A DNA stretch of 42,372 nt from Tubiluchus corallicola (lineage: Eukaryota; Animalia; Priapulida). The stretch lies in the NCBI GenBank assembly GCA_030141605.1, contig JAQGDQ010001405.1, positions 1 through 42,372 of the forward strand. Direction: 5' to 3'. The position numbers and the translations under genes are program-made. The notes below the pieces were generated by a model. It had not been told where the DNA came from. It ran no database searches and saw only the letters and a list, made by a program, of their open reading frames with translations. Positions 36,720 through 42,372 of the stretch are shown here, piece by piece. Every line of letters begins with the position of its first letter. Within the stretch, counting starts at the first letter, position 1.

Positions 36720-37812
36720 ATAATCTTATTAAGAATGAGAGTGAAGAATTATTGAAATATTAACCCTTATGGAAGCAAAAATTGCACAAATCATACCATT
36801 CTAGTGAACAATATTACAAACATGTGTAGAAATAAGATAAAACACTTTAATGTACTGCAGCATCCTATGCCTAGTTTAACAACAAAAATGATTGGATCAG
36901 CAAATTTTATTGTAAATTATAAATGCAACCAAACTGATGTGCAATTTTTTATTTATAGTAGAATATTTAGAAGATGGCATAAGTTATTGATGTAGTAACT
37001 GCTGGTTTTTAACTGATTTTTGTGTTTTATATTTCATATAATGTTTTTATTATTTTTTACGCACTTTCGTAGCTCTTTTAACTGTGCGTGGCGTGTAATA
37101 TTTCTTAGTTTTTTGGGTAATTTTTAACTTTTATATGACATTTTTCCGTACTGAAATAAACTTTAGAAAATAAATAAATAAATTTATGCGCATTACTTCC
37201 CAGTCAGAGAAGCATTCAAGTTATGCAGATTGTAATTAAATTCAGTATATTAAAATCATTAGTTGTAAACAATTTAAAACATTTCAGATCTCTAGCGCAT
37301 TAACACAAGCTGTTATTTACATAGCAAAGTTTTGCGCAAATTCGCGCAAAAGAATTCCGCATAAACCGTGATACTATCAAAGTGTGTAGACAAAAGGCGT
37401 TGTGTGGAAGTTCCGTGATCATGCGCAGTGTGCTCTGTGACGCCATCATAGCATGTAGACAAAACGCGGTGTGTGGAAGTTCCGTGATCATGCGCAGTGC
37501 GCTCTGTGACCCGCCATCATAGCATGTAGAAAAAACGCGGTGTGTGGAATTACTGTGATCATGCGCAGTGTGCTCTGTGATCCGCCATCATAGCGTGTAG
37601 ACAAAACGCGCTGTGTGGAATGACCATGATCATGCGCAGTGTGCTCTGTGATCCGCCATCATAGCGAGTAGAGAAAACGTGCTGTGTGGAATTACCATGA
37701 TCATGCGCAGTGTGCTCTGTGACGCCATTATAGCGTGTAGCAAAACGCGCTGTGTGGAATGACCATGATCATGTGCAGTGTGCTCTGTGACCCACCATCA
37801 TAGCGTGTAGAA
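36720..37812. mobile_element. Copy 4 (uninterrupted) of the modular repeat, with about 6 units of the 68-71-bp minisatellite (37375-37812)
   Basis: Colinear with 22080-22758 and 32660-33478; preceded by tctctactataataata (about 36693), which resembles a Helitron 5' terminus. Units (atgcgcagtg) at 37421, 37490, 37561, 37632, 37703 and 37771. Confidence 0.75.
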
Positions 37813-37859
37813 AAGAAATATGTCAACATAGTTATGACAAAGATGATAGCTGCTTGCTG

Positions 37860-38290
37860 ACAATGATACTTACCTGTTGCTGATGATATTTTCCTCACAC
37901 TTATGATACTTAACCAGTTAGAGATCATACTTACCAGTTGTCGATGATATCTGCAGCTGATGAACTTACCTGTATTTTACTGATGTTGATGATTGCACTG
38001 TTGGAGCTTCCATGCTGTGATTACGAAATTGGTGACCCTTACCTCATGACGAGTACAGGAGTTCAAATGCTACTCTACCTTGACGTCATATAAGTGGGGG
38101 CGAGGACGTCATCTGGAGTCGTCATAGTTTAGAGACGTCGTTCACATAATCGGATGCGTGAAGAGGTAATGAGGTCAACCGTTCTATGGTGCACCATTTC
38201 TCGACGAACCCCCCTGGTGAGGAGTCAGAGAGATGACGCTGGATGGAGAAAAGTCGCTTGGTGATGCCGAGACAAGACTGGTGAAAAACG
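37860..38290 (-). mobile_element. Possible LTR fragment (BEL/Pao-like) lying between repeat modules
   Basis: GC-richer unique insert; the minus strand has a purine tract AGGGGGG (38209-38216) followed by clustered GTAAG motifs. No second LTR or TSD was found. Confidence 0.3.
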
Positions 38291-39081
38291 TCACGTTGTT
38301 CATTTTTTTATCTTAACTTGCTTAATTTCTTTTACTAATATTTTCCTTACAATGAATTCGAGATGCTCATTAAATTGCTATTATTGTTTTATTAATTCAG
38401 TAGTTTTTCTCCAGTGTTTTCAATCAAGTGTTTTATTCTTTACCCAAGGATTCCGCTCAAGTCACAGACCACCTATCAGCAACAGCGATAATTACTTAAG
38501 ATCGTCCCAGCCACCCTTAATATTCCTAAAATGGGCCGTCGGAACCTGAGAAAACTGTTGAGAAAACAACTATACAGCAACTTTAAGAACTTTAATGAAA
38601 GTACCCATGTTAGAAAATCAGCGAAACTGATCACTCTTTATTATTATTATTATTATTGCTATTTCTATTTCTATTAATTTCTTTATTATATCTTTTATGT
38701 ATTTTAAGTCTGAAATAAAAGTGTGAAATGAAATGAATTTGGATTTTTCCGTGTCTCTGGACGTGCGTTTGCATTTACCTGGTTGCTGCTTGCCGTGAAC
38801 TGAACTCAATGATGCACGTCGTTCACACGTGACGATGGTAAGACTGCGCGACTATTAAGCTGTTCTCATTATTAGCTTAGTGCTGCTATCTGTTGAGGGC
38901 AAAAACAAACTCTAAGCAGCTAACATTTATTCTGTATTATAACAGCGTTTTTTTACAAGTTTTTTTTTTGTAAAAGTTAATAAACGTTTGTCAAAAGCTT
39001 GAAAAATTGATGATTGATAAATCTATTTATGTCCACATACAAAACTGCATATTAAAAGCAGATAATACAAAAAAATCAGAA

Positions 39082-40396
39082 CTTAATATACACAGTAGCG
39101 TCCTGCAGTACTTAATATACACAGTAGCGTCATGCAGTTCTTAATATACGCAGTAGCGTCATGCAGTACTTAATATACACAGTAGCGTCCAGCAGTACTT
39201 AATATACACAGTAGCGTCATGCAGTACTTAATATACACAGTAGCGTCCTGCGGTACTTAATATACACAGTAGCGTCATGCAGTTCTAAATATACGCAGTA
39301 GCGTCATGCAGTACTTAATATACACAGTAGCGTCCTGCAGTACTTAATATACACAGTAGCGTCATGCAGTACTTAACATACACAGTAGCGTCCAGCAGTA
39401 CTTAATATACAAAGTAGCGTCATGCAGTACTTAATATACACAGTAGCGTCATGCAGTACTTAATATACACAGTAGCGTCATGCAGTTCTTAATATACACA
39501 GTAGCGTCTTGCAGTACTTAATATACACAGTAGCGTCATGCAGTTCTTAATATACACAGTAGCGTCTTGCAGTACTTAATATACACAGTAGCGTCATGCA
39601 GTACTTAACATACACAGTAGCGTCATGCAGCACTTAATATACACAGTAGCGTCCAGCAGTACTTAACATACACAGTAGCGTCCTGCAGTACTTAATATAC
39701 ACAGTAGCGTCATGCAGTACTTAACACACACAGTAGCGTCCAGCAGTACTTAATATACACAGTAGCGTCATGCAGTACTTAATATACATAGTAGCGTCAT
39801 GCAGTTCTTAATATACATAGTAGCGTCCAGCAGTACTTAATATACACAGTAGCGTCCAGCAGTACTTAATATACATAGTAGCGTCATGCAGTTCTTAATA
39901 TACATAGTAGCGTCCAGCAGTACTTAACATACACAGTAGCGTCATGCAGTACTTAATATACACAGTAGCGTCATGCAGTACTTAATATACACAGTAGCGT
40001 CATGCAGTACTTAATATACACAGTAGCGTCATGCAGTACTTAATATACACAGTAGCGTCATGCAGTACTTAATATACACAGTAGCGTCATGCAGTACTTA
40101 ATATACACAGTAGCGTCATGCAGTACTTAATATACACAGTAGCGTCATGCAGTACTTAATATACACAGTAGCGTCATGCAGTACTTAATATACACAGTAG
40201 CGTCATGCAGTACTTAATATACACAGTAGCGTCATGCAGTACTTAATATACACAGTAGCGTCATGCAGTACTTAATATACACAGTAGCGTCATGCAGTAC
40301 TTAATATACACAGTAGCGTCATGCAGTACTTAATATACACAGTAGCGTCATGCAGTACTTAATATACACAGTAGCGTCATGCAGTACTTAATATAC
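39082..40396. repeat. 29-bp tandem satellite/minisatellite, about 45 copies
   Basis: Unit cttaatatacacagtagcgtcatgcagta, head to tail, with no spacers. Confidence 0.97.
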
Positions 40397-40514
40397 TATT
40401 CATGTTACAATTTCTATGTATTCTTGAGCAGCAAGGACAGTCACATCAATACCACTTTCTGAAATTGCAATTTCGGATTTTTTTACATATACTTTGGTCT
40501 GTTAGATATCGACA

Positions 40515-40600
40515 CGCGTAGCAGTGTGGGCAATACTTATCAACCAGGGTTCTATGTTCAAATCCCACTTAATCGGTAATTTTTTGCTTGAATGGGGCTC
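40515..40600 (+). mobile_element. Possible tRNA-derived SINE head
   Basis: A-box-like TAGCAGTGTGG at 40519 and B-box-like GTTCAAATCC at 40556, at Pol III spacing; does not fold as a complete tRNA. Confidence 0.35.
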
Positions 40601-41334
40601 TCTGGTTGGCTTCATACGTCTGCTTAGCGCTAATAGGAATTTTCATTGTTTCGAAATGCGCATGCGCAGTTGCTGTAGTTGTAAGTGAACCCAGCGCGTC
40701 TTACTTAATTACAACAGTCACGTGATATTATGCACATAACTACATGTAGGTGAAACGGATGAACAACATGTTTATCTTTATAATTATTACACGTTTATAG
40801 TTTTAAGCTAATATGCTATTCTTTGCTAGCGAACACAACTAGCAAAATAATAGCAGCAAACCACTTTAAATGAAATAAATGAAGCAAAAATTAACACAAA
40901 AAACTATTACTACGCGTTTCAATAGCACAAGCTGCAAGACGTTGTCAAGTTTTAAAAATGTGTTGTTTGGTTCACATAATGCTGTTAGGTTCACTTAACC
41001 TTTTGACGATCATCATCAATCGCTGGAAGTCCAAAAACTGCTAGTTAGAGTTTCACGGTCACGGATATAAATGGTGTAACATCCATCCCTACACATTTAG
41101 GCACAAGATCATTCGCCTTCTTCTTTTTCTCCTTCTTCTTCTTCTTCGAACAAGTTCACAACATCTGACATATTTTGCTTTAATTTTTATTTCATTGATC
41201 TCTTGCCGTAGTTATCTTAGCCACAGTACATAAATATAAAGATGTCTCAACATATAAAGAAACAAATAATAATAATGACAACAACAATAATAAAATAGCA
41301 TGTTTGCAGCAAATACTGAGAATTTTTTTTAAAT

Positions 41335-41860
41335 TAGCCCATCATTCGTGAACATTGTCACATATAAGTAAATTATTCCAGTTTGCTGTTCATATATCAC
41401 TGAGAAAAGCGTTTTCATCAAAATTCTTATAGCAACAAAAAGTTCTGATAATCAGCTTATGTTTAGGTACAGAGATTTTCCTTATGCATCCCAACAATGT
41501 GATGATTACTGAGCTCTATTGGAACAACATTACACTGGCAAATACGATCACCATTTTAAACCAATATATAATTAGTTAGGGTGTTTGTTTTAAAATATTC
41601 TACGAATTGCGTTTGACATAATCTGTGCGAGACCATGGACTTGAATTACTCTTGAAATTTTGCTAGTAACGTCTGATTTCTTTTAATCAAAATTTATATC
41701 ACCAGTGATAATTAGCTCGGTATTATTTACATCTGACATTTCACCGTCGACGTCGTTTCCAAAAGTTTCAGTTTTGCCCTTAGAAGATGGTCTATATAAA
41801 GAAGCTATAGTAAGTGTAATATAGGTTTTACATGTCAAATGTCGACCTACGTTAACTGAA
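41335..41860 (-). mobile_element. Decayed LINE apurinic-endonuclease (ORF2 N-terminal) fragment
   Basis: Minus-strand peptides IASLYRPSS (YRPP), ELIITGDINFD* (GDFN), SNHHIV (SDH) and YKNFDENAFLSDI*TANW, with stops. Confidence 0.75.
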
Positions 41861-42283
41861 ATGCAGATTTTGGTAATTCAAATGTGTTAACAATGGTTTC
41901 TAACACATTCGAAATTCCTATGTCTGGATTTGAGTTACCTAAGTCACATTTTGAGTTACCAAAACACATTTGAACTTTCCTATGTCTACATCTGACGTGT
42001 AAAACCAATACTGTTTTTTGAATTTTACATCTAGATAGAGTGATTCATAATCAGGTGGTTACCTGAATAACACGTCTATCATAAATAAAATATCATGAAT
42101 AATCGTATGTACTGATTAAAGGTAAAAAAGTAAAAAATAATAAAAATATATATATAGCTTCTGATTTTTATCCGCGAGCATTGCGGACCCAAGAGATGCG
42201 ACACGTTGGTTTATGATGTTTCATTCATTATAAAAACATATTATTGATAGTTATCAGTTAAAGCAGAAAAAGAAATAACCAAG

Positions 42284-42302
42284 ACAGAGAGAGAAAGAGT
42301 AC

Positions 42303-42348
<46 letters not shown>

Positions 42349-42372
42349 GAGAGAGAAAGAAAGAGATAGAAG
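42284..42372. repeat. (GA)n microsatellite running off the window end
   Basis: Directly visible. Confidence 0.95.

Noticed and set aside
37866-37876. U1 snRNA gene (ATACTTACCTG matches the U1 5' end)
   Set aside because: The downstream sequence does not resemble U1; the match is simply the complement of a consensus splice donor.
39082-40396. CRISPR array (repeat length in the CRISPR range)
   Set aside because: Units are head to tail with no unique spacers, there are no cas genes, and the context is eukaryotic.

Overview
AT-rich, repeat-dense eukaryotic genomic DNA, most likely from an invertebrate animal; the species cannot be determined from the sequence. There are two host-gene loci, both Golgi-type glycosyltransferases on the + strand. 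(1) An intronless GT10 alpha-1,3-fucosyltransferase at 2971-4079, broken by a 1-nt frameshift in a T7 run and an in-frame TGA, although its conserved C-terminus is intact behind the stop. (2) An apparently intact three-exon GT49 beta-1,4-glucuronyltransferase (B4GAT1-like, 435 aa): join 6257-7126, 10468-10594, 11954-12264. I found no further host gene after about 12.3 kb. That region holds decayed transposons (LINE RT/endonuclease and BEL/Pao fragments), a TA-flanked internally deleted pogo-like element, and a P-element-like THAP element nested in a ~70-bp minisatellite. It also has four copies of a modular, probably Helitron-derived repeat carrying that minisatellite, several microsatellites, and a 1.3-kb 29-bp satellite. 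I found no CRISPR array, rRNA, convincing tRNA or clearly novel multi-gene system. The best leads are the doubly interrupted fucosyltransferase and the nested, modular repeat architecture. All family assignments come from motif recognition by eye, not database searches.
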